This document shows, piece by piece, positions 37,107-45,672 of a stretch of 64,000 bases of DNA (the stretch's first letter is position 1; the number at the start of each line of letters is the position of its first letter). The stretch spans positions 31,255 through 95,254 of the forward strand of contig CAZJUB010000001.1 of assembly GCA_964549075.1 (NCBI GenBank), written 5' to 3'. The notes beneath the pieces were generated by a model. That model made no database searches, was not told the origin of the DNA, and saw only the letters and a list, made by a program, of their open reading frames with translations. The translations under genes were made by a program, and so were the position numbers. The DNA comes from an uncultured archaeon. Its GTDB lineage: Archaea > Asgardarchaeota > Heimdallarchaeia > Heimdallarchaeales > Heimdallarchaeaceae.

Positions 37107-38339
37107 TTGAAGATTGAGAGGACCCAAGCTAAAACTCTAATTCGTACAAGTAATAGGAGTCCTCATCATATTCACTTCAATATCTACCAAGGTTGTTATC
37201 ATAATTGTGTTTATTGTAATGGTTTTGCTAACAATTATAACATGCATGATGATTTTGGAGAGAAGATTAAGGCTAAAATCAACGCTCCCGAACTATTTGA
37301 AAAATACTTGATAAAAGAAGGTTATTATCCAATATTTAGAGAGGGGACTACAACTTTAGATGAGTTTTTTCCTCATTCGAAATTATATAATAAAGAGAAT
37401 AAAAAACCTGAATTTCTTCTAAGTTTATTTGGTAATGTATGTGATATATATCAACCTGCTGAAAAAGAATTGCAGTTAACCCGAAAATTACTTCAGATAG
37501 CATACGAATACGGTATTCCAGTAAGATTATTGACCAAGAATGATTTAGTACTTCGAGATTTAGATCTGATTAAGAAAATACACAAGGTTTCTTTCGCTCG
37601 TGTTGCTTTTACTATTACTCTTATCAATGAAGAAAATCAACGAATTTTCGAACCGAGAGCTAGTTCGTCTATAGCTAGATTACATGCTCTTAAGAAATTC
37701 AGAGAAGAAGGAATCCCCTCAGGAGTATATATTACACCAGTTATACCTTTTATCGGAGATACAGAAGAAAATCTCAATAGAATATATGGCCAGTTGAAAT
37801 CTTACAATTCTGAATTTGTAATAACTGGTGGGTTGACTCTTAAACCAGGAAGAAACAAAGAACGGTTTATGCAAGTGATACGAGATAATTACCCACATCT
37901 ATATTCCAAGTTCAATGAACTATATTCAAATAATAATCGATATGGTCAACCAAATCCTCTAATTGCCCAGAAATTCAATTTAATTCAACCTGTCAAAAGA
38001 GGATATGAACTAGCTCATAAATTCGGACTAAATTATTTCGAACCAAGATATATCCCAAATGTGAAAAACAGAATCAATCTCACTATAGCTACGTATCTCG
38101 CTCGAATTGGTTTTATAAAAAATGAGATTTCTCAAGAAGATGGCACAATAGGTCATGAATTCAGAAAAGCTGCGTCAGTTCTAGAGTATCTTGATACTAA
38201 CATCTCGTTAATGTCTAATTCTGATTTTGAAACCTTACAATTATCTTCTTCAACAATTCCTATCATTAAGGATATTATTAAGACAGGTAAATGTAATTAT
38301 TTAGAACAAAATGGGGATTTTGGTTCTCTTTTTGTATAG
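37107..38339 (+). CDS. radical SAM protein of the COG1533/SplB-like (DNA repair photolyase-like) group
   Basis: NIYQGCYHNCVYCNG provides CxxxCxxC near the N-terminus, as in that group. TTG start. Confidence 0.65.
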   Translation: MKIERTQAKTLIRTSNRSPHHIHFNIYQGCYHNCVYCNGFANNYNMHDDFGEKIKAKINAPELFEKYLIKEGYYPIFREGTTTLDEFFPHSKLYNKENKKPEFLLSLFGNVCDIYQPAEKELQLTRKLLQIAYEYGIPVRLLTKNDLVLRDLDLIKKIHKVSFARVAFTITLINEENQRIFEPRASSSIARLHALKKFREEGIPSGVYITPVIPFIGDTEENLNRIYGQLKSYNSEFVITGGLTLKPGRNKERFMQVIRDNYPHLYSKFNELYSNNNRYGQPNPLIAQKFNLIQPVKRGYELAHKFGLNYFEPRYIPNVKNRINLTIATYLARIGFIKNEISQEDGTIGHEFRKAASVLEYLDTNISLMSNSDFETLQLSSSTIPIIKDIIKTGKCNYLEQNGDFGSLFV

Positions 38340-38413
38340 CAACTTAATGGTTTTCTTACATCTATTGTTATTTTTATGCGATAGATTTTTGAATAAAGAT
38401 AGTTATTACAATC

Positions 38414-39283
38414 TTGAGTTCTATGAGTGGAATTGACCAACTTAAGGAAATTATTCCAGATGTTATAGCTGGATTTGTTAGGTTTGCAGATTATGTTATG
38501 ATTCCTGACACATCTCCTATAAAAAATAAGAATGTTCTCCTTCCAATCCTTAAAAGGATGAAAGAGGGAGGAGCTAATGGGTGTCTATTCTATCTTTATG
38601 ATGAGGAAATGGCCAAATTTCTAAATACAGTTAAAGCAGAAATTAAAAATTTCCCAATTATGATAATTGTTCGAGCTGCAGAGATGGGTAAAATCATATC
38701 TCTGTTGAAAGTCTTAGAATTCAAACCTTTAGTTATTTTTCTAGATTATGCAATTTCTGACCAAAGAGATAATGATCTTGTGAACAAATATATCAATGGT
38801 CTGACTAAATATTCTGATCACATAGGACTTTTCACAATTGAACCGATAGGTACTGTATCATTCTTTATTACTGCAAACTCCAAAATTAGCGTTTATCTAA
38901 TTCCTTTCAATATGTTAGGATTTGGTGTACAAAATAGAAGCTTACTAGAAATGATAGTCAATTCTTCTGAAATGATTTATGTTTCTATGAATCCACTTGC
39001 TCAAGGAAGAATAAAACCACGACAAGCATTCGATTATATAACTACACACAAAATCCATGGATCACTAATAGAAATAGCTAATATGGATGTTAATTTAGAA
39101 GCAATAAAGTTTGCGAAATATTTCTTTGAGACACATGATTTCTTGCAAATAGCGTTAGAATTTGAAGATCATTCAGAGGTTTGTGAGACATGTGGTTTGG
39201 GAATGTACAGATATTTTCCACCCTCAGGTGGTAGTGGATTCTATTGCCCACAATGCCAATCTACAAAGGAAACTCCTAAGTAA
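38414..39283 (+). CDS. hypothetical protein with a C-terminal zinc ribbon
   Basis: The C-terminus is CETCGLGMYRYFPPSGGSGFYCPQC (CxxC-x17-CxxC). The body is unassigned. It ends 8 nt before the RING-finger gene. Confidence 0.5.
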   Translation: MSSMSGIDQLKEIIPDVIAGFVRFADYVMIPDTSPIKNKNVLLPILKRMKEGGANGCLFYLYDEEMAKFLNTVKAEIKNFPIMIIVRAAEMGKIISLLKVLEFKPLVIFLDYAISDQRDNDLVNKYINGLTKYSDHIGLFTIEPIGTVSFFITANSKISVYLIPFNMLGFGVQNRSLLEMIVNSSEMIYVSMNPLAQGRIKPRQAFDYITTHKIHGSLIEIANMDVNLEAIKFAKYFFETHDFLQIALEFEDHSEVCETCGLGMYRYFPPSGGSGFYCPQCQSTKETPK

Positions 39284-39291
39284 TTGAATAG

Positions 39292-39864
39292 GTGAGAAAG
39301 ATTAGCAAATGTCCTTTCTGTGGAAGGTCTAATCCAGATAACTCTATTTTTTGTGCTTATTGTGGGAAAAAGATGAGTGAACAAGTTGCACTAAATTCTT
39401 CCCAGACTAACTTGGAAACAACTTTTAAACAGTCTATCTTTAAGATCAAACAACAAGTTTCCAAATTCATTTCTAATTTAGAATCCAAGGTAGAAGATTC
39501 AGCTTCAATATCTTTTGTAAATAAGCAGAGAATACTCAACCTATTAAATCAGGTTCAGTTTCAGGATCAGCGAGAGTTCGATAAAGATAATGAAGAATTA
39601 TCCAGTTGGGTTGAGAAAGTTGAAAAAGCCATATCTGGAGAAAAGTGTATTATTTGTTTACAAGATTTTGTTGTTAAAGAAGGAGAAAAATTAAATGTGA
39701 TTTTATGTCCATCCTGCAATTATGCAGGGCACCCTAACCATTTTATAGCTTGGTTAGACACTAGAAAAAACTGTCCAATGTGCCGAAGTAATCTCTCCAA
39801 AGAAAACCTGCTCAGAGGTTATTTAGAGCTTAAAAATAATCAGTTAATATTTGTAAAAATTTAG
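39292..39864 (+). CDS. zinc-ribbon plus RING-type (cross-brace) zinc-finger protein, candidate E3-ligase-like
   Basis: N-terminal CPFC-x10-CAYC. C-terminal ligand series C119-x2-C-x16-C-x2-C-x4-H-x2-H-x10-C-x2-C164, ending FIAWLDTRKNCPMCR as in RING-H2 domains. GTG start. Confidence 0.65.
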   Translation: MRKISKCPFCGRSNPDNSIFCAYCGKKMSEQVALNSSQTNLETTFKQSIFKIKQQVSKFISNLESKVEDSASISFVNKQRILNLLNQVQFQDQREFDKDNEELSSWVEKVEKAISGEKCIICLQDFVVKEGEKLNVILCPSCNYAGHPNHFIAWLDTRKNCPMCRSNLSKENLLRGYLELKNNQLIFVKI

Positions 39865-39866
39865 AT

Positions 39867-40679
39867 TTATTTATCATCTTGAGGTTTTTTCTTTTCTAAT
39901 ATTTCTTCTTTATATTTATTTAGTAATTCTTTGAATTCTTGTGCTTTCAATCTTGGACCATCAGAATATACTATTGGTCCTCCTACACAAATCATTGCTC
40001 TATCTTCAAAGTGATAGAATAAACTTTTAACTATTAGATGCTCACTTCCATAAATAGGAGCTATTGCTAGGATATTAGAGCCTATTTTTTCTTTTAATTT
40101 TCTAACATCTTTAACATCAATATGATCTGCATTTCCTATCCAAAATCCATCAACTTGAGTTTTTCTGCACCTTTCAGCAACATACAAGAATAATGGTTGT
40201 TCATTCACAGTAGCGACTTTGTAAAGCATTGATTCTGGATTTGATAGTAACATTAAAACAATAATACCAAGATTTCTTTGTTGTGCAAGTAAAGATGCTT
40301 TATCAATATTAGCACTAAATGGAGAGAATGTAAAGGCATCGAAGTTTTCTTCTTTAAACCAAAAGATTGCCGCATCATTGGAAGTATCTATGTCTCCCAA
40401 TTTATGGTCTATTATAGATAGTAAGTTGTTCTGATGTATTAGTATATTAAGTGACCGTATCTGATCTGCTGTTAAACCAATTAGATATTGTCGATTCAAT
40501 TTAATAACACTACAATAAGGAGCTACGTCTGTTATTATTCGTTTCATAAAAACCATTCGATCATCATCTGGCATTACAGCTCGTGACCTTTGAGATGGTA
40601 GAGCAGGATCTAAACTGACACATAATTGAGTGTTCTTGCTTCTAGATATCTCAAGATATTTTTCTATAAATTGTGACAT
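39867..40679 (-). CDS. pyrF: orotidine 5'-phosphate decarboxylase (type 2-like)
   Basis: LCVSLDP, IKLN and IIDHKLGDIDTSN (the D-x-K-x-x-D-I motif) are present, and the gene sits in pyr context. The C-terminal phosphate-binding region is divergent. Confidence 0.65.
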   Translation of the reverse strand: MSQFIEKYLEISRSKNTQLCVSLDPALPSQRSRAVMPDDDRMVFMKRIITDVAPYCSVIKLNRQYLIGLTADQIRSLNILIHQNNLLSIIDHKLGDIDTSNDAAIFWFKEENFDAFTFSPFSANIDKASLLAQQRNLGIIVLMLLSNPESMLYKVATVNEQPLFLYVAERCRKTQVDGFWIGNADHIDVKDVRKLKEKIGSNILAIAPIYGSEHLIVKSLFYHFEDRAMICVGGPIVYSDGPRLKAQEFKELLNKYKEEILEKKKPQDDK

Positions 40680-40792
40680 CTACATATTCACAAGAAAAGA
40701 ATATTAGACATTGTTTATAATAGTTGTTTTTGTTTCTTGTAGCAATTTTTAAGTATCAAACCTAATATGAAATCATTTTATCAACAGAAAAA

Positions 40793-40810
40793 TTTGCAAC
40801 ATTATGCAAA
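40793..40810. promoter_or_regulatory. perfect palindrome TTTGCA-N6-TGCAAA in the pyrF / HTH-PRT divergent intergenic region
   Basis: Read directly: tttgca acatta tgcaaa. Confidence 0.35.
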
Positions 40811-40934
40811 GTTCGTATTTTAAATACATATGGTATTTTTGTTTTTATTTAGATGAAAAGGAAATGTTACAAAACAAATTTCAAGGATATAAGGAATAAA
40901 TTTGCATAAAATATAATCAAAGAAAAGACATATA

Positions 40935-40950
40935 TTGCACAATATTGCAA
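40935..40950. promoter_or_regulatory. palindrome TTGCA-N6-TGCAA (also a direct repeat ATATTGCA x2 spaced 10 bp), 45-60 nt upstream of the HTH-PRT start
   Basis: Read directly: ttgca caatat tgcaa. It lies about 20-35 nt downstream of a TATA-like ATAAAATATAAT (40905-40916). Confidence 0.4.
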
Positions 40951-40994
40951 ATCTTTTTGAATAAGATTAGTTTGAACAAAAAGAAGTGACATAA

Positions 40995-41774
40995 ATGTCT
41001 TCCACAAACACTCCTGAAAGTTATATTGATGCTCAAGAAAAATTAATGACTCTAAATCTCCTTCAAATAGCTTTTAAAAAATTTGATACATTGGAGAGCT
41101 TCAGATCATATTTGTTAACACATGATGTTGAAGTATCTGTTGCAAATCTTTCTCGCTACATAAATGGTAAAGCTATTCCCAAATCTAAACTTAAAGATTC
41201 TCTACTAGAAGTCTTGGTTGATAATAAAGAACTAGGATTAACAATTAAGGACTTGATATTAAGCCATATTGATATAAATATAAATGAACAAGGTACTATT
41301 TCTGTAAACAATAGTTATCTTCTCAATGATTCGAAGAATCTTAATGCTATCTTGTTCTTAGCAATTCAACAGAACATAATACCTTGTGGAATTACTAAAA
41401 TAATAACTGCTGAAGTTGATGGCATTCCAATTGCAACGACTCTTGCTCATTTATTGAATATTGATTGTGTGTATGCTAGAAAAAAGAAACCTATAGGCAC
41501 AATGAACTATCACAGTGAAGACATTCTATCTCCAAATACCGGTAGAATAGAGACACTCTATTTTCCAGAGAAATTCATACGAAGTAAAGAACAAGTTCTC
41601 ATTATTGATGATATTATTCGCTCTGGAGCAACACAAACAGCTTTGGTTAATCTTGTTAGCAAATGTGAAGGGATACCTCTTAAAGTTCTAATTCTAGTTG
41701 GTATTGGTGAGCATTGGAAAAAGACGACTAAACTAAGGTTTACTGAATTTCAAGCTCTTGTACCACTAAGTTAA
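40995..41774 (+). CDS. HTH domain fused to a phosphoribosyltransferase (PRT) domain; probable ligand-sensing transcriptional regulator (PyrE-like/GfcR-like architecture)
   Basis: The N-terminus carries VSVANLSRYINGKAIP (Cro/XRE-like HTH). The C-terminus carries the PRPP-binding motif VLIIDDIIRSGATQTA. Confidence 0.7.
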   Translation: MSSTNTPESYIDAQEKLMTLNLLQIAFKKFDTLESFRSYLLTHDVEVSVANLSRYINGKAIPKSKLKDSLLEVLVDNKELGLTIKDLILSHIDININEQGTISVNNSYLLNDSKNLNAILFLAIQQNIIPCGITKIITAEVDGIPIATTLAHLLNIDCVYARKKKPIGTMNYHSEDILSPNTGRIETLYFPEKFIRSKEQVLIIDDIIRSGATQTALVNLVSKCEGIPLKVLILVGIGEHWKKTTKLRFTEFQALVPLS

Positions 41775-41786
41775 AAACTTTAAATC

Positions 41787-41817
41787 AGATAAATGTATTG
41801 TTTAACAGCATTTATCT
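41787..41817. terminator. 9-bp perfect hairpin between convergent genes
   Basis: AGATAAATG-N13-CATTTATCT lies between the HTH-PRT stop (41774) and the pyrC stop (41822). Confidence 0.3.
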
Positions 41818-41821
41818 ATAT

Positions 41822-43039
41822 CTAATCTTCGACTTTTAAAAGAAGTTGAGAATCTTTTACAATATACTTAATAGAACCATACATCATTTTATTCTGAAAA
41901 GGAGACCATTTTGCTTTGGATTGTATCCAATTTTCATCGACTAAGAAAGGAGTATAAGGATCAATTATCAAAAAGTTCTCTTCTATAGGGTTTTCTCCTA
42001 TATTAAGCAGTTTTAATGGGAAGTTATGATATGCTTCTATTGCTCTCTCCCATTCCAATTCTCCTGAGTGAATAAGAGTAATTAAAGCGGGGAGTAGTTC
42101 TTGAACACCAGGCATACCACTTAGATTTTCTTTCATTTTTTCTTCTAATGTATGAGGTGAATGGTCAGAGCTTATCATATCGATAATACCTGTTGATAAT
42201 CCTTTAATCAGCGAGTTGTTATCAGATTCCTTTCTTAGAGGTGGAGTAACAATCTTTAATTTCTCATCTAATTCAGAGTTTTGGTTGAAGAAGAGATATC
42301 TTGGACAAGTGTCAGTAGTAAGATTTGATGAATTTGCTAACTCTAATAATTTTAATGATAGAGAGCTACTAATGTGTGTTATATGAAACTTAAGTGAACT
42401 ATAATCTTTAGCCCATTGTAATATCTTTTGTATAGCAATAGCTTCAGCTTCAGGAGGTCTCCGTTTATAATTGGAAAGCTCTCTCTCCATATTTGATAAT
42501 GTTGTTGAATCTTCTGCATGAAAGATTATTGGTTTAGAAGCTCCAATATCCTCTAATTTTTCTAATGCAGACAAAATACTCTCTTCAGAGATTTTTAATT
42601 CACCCAAATATTCCGACATATAAATTTTATAAGCATCACAAAATGGTTCTAAAGAAGCAACTTCATTATAATTATTTTCAGTTATAGCAGCTGCTATTAG
42701 AATCTCAACAATTTCTTGTTTTTTAGATAAATTTCGTTTATTTTTAATAGCTTCAATAGAATCAGCTAATGGTTTATTATTTGGCATATCTACAACTGTT
42801 AGAATACCTCCAAAAAGAGCTGCTTCAGCACCAGAAAGCATATCTTCTTTGTTTTCATAACCAGGTTCCCTAAAGTTTACATGTAAGTCTACTCCAAATG
42901 GTATTCCAAGAAAATCTCGACAATTTATTGTATTATCTTCAAGTCTGAAAATCGAAGAATCATAATTTACTTCAATATCCTGTATCTGAAAATCCTTTTT
43001 TTCTTTATCCCATATTTTAAGTTTCGAGAAAATGACCAT
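41822..43039 (-). CDS. pyrC: dihydroorotase (HxH metal motif reads HxN)
   Basis: DLHVNFREPG, AYKIYM (Lys), FHAED, HITHISS and SSDHSPHT match the amidohydrolase/DHOase blocks. Confidence 0.8.
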   Translation of the reverse strand: MVIFSKLKIWDKEKKDFQIQDIEVNYDSSIFRLEDNTINCRDFLGIPFGVDLHVNFREPGYENKEDMLSGAEAALFGGILTVVDMPNNKPLADSIEAIKNKRNLSKKQEIVEILIAAAITENNYNEVASLEPFCDAYKIYMSEYLGELKISEESILSALEKLEDIGASKPIIFHAEDSTTLSNMERELSNYKRRPPEAEAIAIQKILQWAKDYSSLKFHITHISSSLSLKLLELANSSNLTTDTCPRYLFFNQNSELDEKLKIVTPPLRKESDNNSLIKGLSTGIIDMISSDHSPHTLEEKMKENLSGMPGVQELLPALITLIHSGELEWERAIEAYHNFPLKLLNIGENPIEENFLIIDPYTPFLVDENWIQSKAKWSPFQNKMMYGSIKYIVKDSQLLLKVED

Positions 43040-43040
43040 C

Positions 43041-43892
43041 TTAAATCCTCAATTTTTCTCCTGATGCTAACCTTTTATAGGTACCAAAATCACTAATTTT
43101 TTCCAATTGTTCTGTATTAAATATAGGCCCATCTACACAGATTCTCCAACCAGTTGGATCGACAGCACAATAAGAACATGCCCCAAAACCACATCTCATA
43201 TATCTATCAGCTAAACTCATTTGCATATCTACTACTTTAGGGTATTTTTTACCTATATTGAAAATTACCTTCATCATTTTCTCTGGCCCAGCTACATAAA
43301 ATACAGAAGGAGTATCATTTTGTTGCAAGAATTTTTCTAAATCTACAGTTGGAAATCCTTTGTACCCATAAGAACCATCATCTGTACAAACATGAAAAGT
43401 CAATTTATTATTATCATTAAGATTTTGAAACCAATCGAGATACATTAATTTATTCTTCGTTCTTGCTCCTTCAAAAACATGAATATTTTGCTTTTTCTCT
43501 CTGTTTAGGAGAGTAGTTGTTAAGAGTTTAAGAGGAGTCATCCCGAACCCTCCACCAATCAATAAATGATTTACATTTTCTGGAGCTTTGAAAGATTTCC
43601 CATAAAAACCGCGAATACCTACTAAATCACCTATTTTTTTATTATTCATTGCTTCAGAACCCAATCCCATTTTTGCAACACCAATTTCAAGAACATTGTC
43701 TTCAAATCCTGCTATTCCTATTGGAAATTCATCTACTCCTGGAACCCATAACATTATGAATTGACCAGGTAAAGCTTTTGCTTCTTTTATGGGTAATTCT
43801 ATAAGGAAAGTGTATGTCTCTTCACACTCTTTTTCTTTTGCGATTATTTTACCTATTATTGGTTTAGTATTGGGGATTGTTTGTTTTGTCAT
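43041..43892 (-). CDS. pyrK: dihydroorotate dehydrogenase electron-transfer subunit
   Basis: A ferredoxin-reductase-like fold with the C-terminal 2Fe-2S cluster motif RCGFGACSYCAV...CVDGPIF. It overlaps pyrD by 4 nt. Confidence 0.85.
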   Translation of the reverse strand: MTKQTIPNTKPIIGKIIAKEKECEETYTFLIELPIKEAKALPGQFIMLWVPGVDEFPIGIAGFEDNVLEIGVAKMGLGSEAMNNKKIGDLVGIRGFYGKSFKAPENVNHLLIGGGFGMTPLKLLTTTLLNREKKQNIHVFEGARTKNKLMYLDWFQNLNDNNKLTFHVCTDDGSYGYKGFPTVDLEKFLQQNDTPSVFYVAGPEKMMKVIFNIGKKYPKVVDMQMSLADRYMRCGFGACSYCAVDPTGWRICVDGPIFNTEQLEKISDFGTYKRLASGEKLRI

Positions 43893-44809
43893 TTGTGTGC
43901 TCCTCCTGTAATTTCTGTTATAGACGAATAATTATTTTCATTCATGTATTTTTTCACTTTCATTTGGAAAAATCTTATCATATTTTCAGGATATGCTACT
44001 CCTAGCGATGTTCCAAGTTCTACTGCAGTCGCTCCTGCGAGTAGGTATTCAATGATATCATCTCCTTTTAAAATACCACCAACACCTATAATTGGGATTT
44101 TATCTCCAAAATGCTCGTACAAATCATATACATACCTTATTCCAATTGGTTTGATTGCAGCTCCTGCTAATCCTCCGCGTTTACCTCCCAGAATTGGCAT
44201 TTTAGTTTGGATATCAATAACCATAGCTTTTACTGTGTTTATTGCAACTATAGCATCACATCCTCCTTTAATCGCTGCAGAAGCTACTTCGACAATATCA
44301 CTCACATTTGGTGAAAATTTCACCCATAGAGGAATGTTAGTCTCTTTTCTTAGTGATGAAATTATATCAGTAACTGTTTCTGGATCCGTTTCGGCTAGTA
44401 AACCTTCCTTATCAGTAATTGGACTATTTAGATTTACCTCAAAAGCTTGAATTGGTAAATCTTTTATCCCACTGAGAACCTCTACGTATTCCTCTTTATT
44501 TTCTCCAAAAATTGAAACTATAGTAGGAACTCCTTTCTCAACCAGTTTTTCTATATCAGTTCTAAAAATTTCATATCCTGGATTTGCTAAACCGATAGAG
44601 TGTATGATACTTTTGATTTCTTGTAATGCAAAGACGCTAGGATTTGGATTTCCGTTCCTTCGTTTTGGCCCTATACTTTTTGTTATTACAGCCCCAACTC
44701 CTGCTTCATAGATTCTTTGAAGTGTTGAAAAAGTGGTACCTAGGATGCCAGAAGCTAAAATCAAAGGATTTCTAAATGTTAGTGTCCCAATTTTTGTTTC
44801 CATGTTCAT
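43889..44809 (-). CDS. pyrD: dihydroorotate dehydrogenase, catalytic subunit (class 1B)
   Basis: FRNPLILASG, TKSIGP..R.GNPNP, NLNSP, GGLAGAAIKPIG and GVGGI blocks are present. Confidence 0.9.
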   Translation of the reverse strand: MNMETKIGTLTFRNPLILASGILGTTFSTLQRIYEAGVGAVITKSIGPKRRNGNPNPSVFALQEIKSIIHSIGLANPGYEIFRTDIEKLVEKGVPTIVSIFGENKEEYVEVLSGIKDLPIQAFEVNLNSPITDKEGLLAETDPETVTDIISSLRKETNIPLWVKFSPNVSDIVEVASAAIKGGCDAIVAINTVKAMVIDIQTKMPILGGKRGGLAGAAIKPIGIRYVYDLYEHFGDKIPIIGVGGILKGDDIIEYLLAGATAVELGTSLGVAYPENMIRFFQMKVKKYMNENNYSSITEITGGAHK

Positions 44810-44839
44810 ATGAATGAATACTAATCTAACTTGAAAAGC

Positions 44840-44869
44840 TTTACTGATTTACTGATTTATCCAGATTTA
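44840..44869. repeat. tandem TTTACTGA x2.5 plus a third GATTTA copy, 30-60 nt upstream of the pyrD start
   Basis: Read directly: tttactga tttactga ttta tcca gattta. Confidence 0.3.
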
Positions 44870-44960
44870 AATATTGGTGATTATAGATTTCATATAACAA
44901 GTTTATTAAACACCTATTTAGGAAAAAATATAAGAAATCTGAAAGTCAGATGGGGATTAC

Positions 44961-45665
44961 TTGACAAAAATAGCTGTTATCTCTGATATCCATTCGAATA
45001 TCTTTGCTTTAGAAGCAGTTTTGAAAGATATTCAGAGAAGAAGAAACATTGATGAAATTATCTGTTTAGGGGATGTCGTAGGATATTATCCATATCCCAA
45101 TCAATGTATAGAGCTAGTTAAAGAACAGTGCTCCCTCACTATGCTCGGAAATCACGACGCTGGCGTAATAGGGGACGAGCCTTCTTTCTACTTCAATCCT
45201 GCTGCATATGAAATGATTACTTGGACACAAGAAAATATCAAAACAGGGCATCTGAATTGGTTAACAACGCTTCCTAGGAGAAGAACCATCGAAAGAAATG
45301 GTAAATCAATCTATTTAGTACATGGATCACCTTTCAAGATTTTCGATTATATGGATCCCCACTCCGAAAAACATTGGAATACTACCTTAAGTGAAGCTTT
45401 CAAGATAACAGAAACTGATGTTTTAATGGTAGGGCATACTCACGTACCCGTTAGGAAGAAATATAAAGAAAAATATTTCTTAAATCCAGGATCCGTTGGA
45501 CAGCCAAGAAACGGTGTTCCAGGAGCTTATTATGCTATTATGAATACTTCTCCTTTCAACATTTCAAAAATTCATCTCAAATATGATTTCTCACCTTTAC
45601 AAGAGAAAATGGATGAACTTGATCTACCTAAATCATTAAGTGATAGGCTCAATCATGGAATTTAG
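44961..45665 (+). CDS. calcineurin-like metallophosphoesterase (YfcE/MJ0936-like)
   Basis: The motifs DIHSN, GDVVGY, GNHD, GHTH and GS.G.PR occur in the canonical order. TTG start. Confidence 0.8.
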   Translation: MTKIAVISDIHSNIFALEAVLKDIQRRRNIDEIICLGDVVGYYPYPNQCIELVKEQCSLTMLGNHDAGVIGDEPSFYFNPAAYEMITWTQENIKTGHLNWLTTLPRRRTIERNGKSIYLVHGSPFKIFDYMDPHSEKHWNTTLSEAFKITETDVLMVGHTHVPVRKKYKEKYFLNPGSVGQPRNGVPGAYYAIMNTSPFNISKIHLKYDFSPLQEKMDELDLPKSLSDRLNHGI

Positions 45666-45672
45666 ATAAAAA

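Noticed and set aside
43944-44450. 168-aa plus-strand ORF antisense to pyrD
   Set aside because: pyrD on the minus strand has unambiguous motifs over the same interval. The antisense product is Pro/Ser/Ile-rich low complexity.
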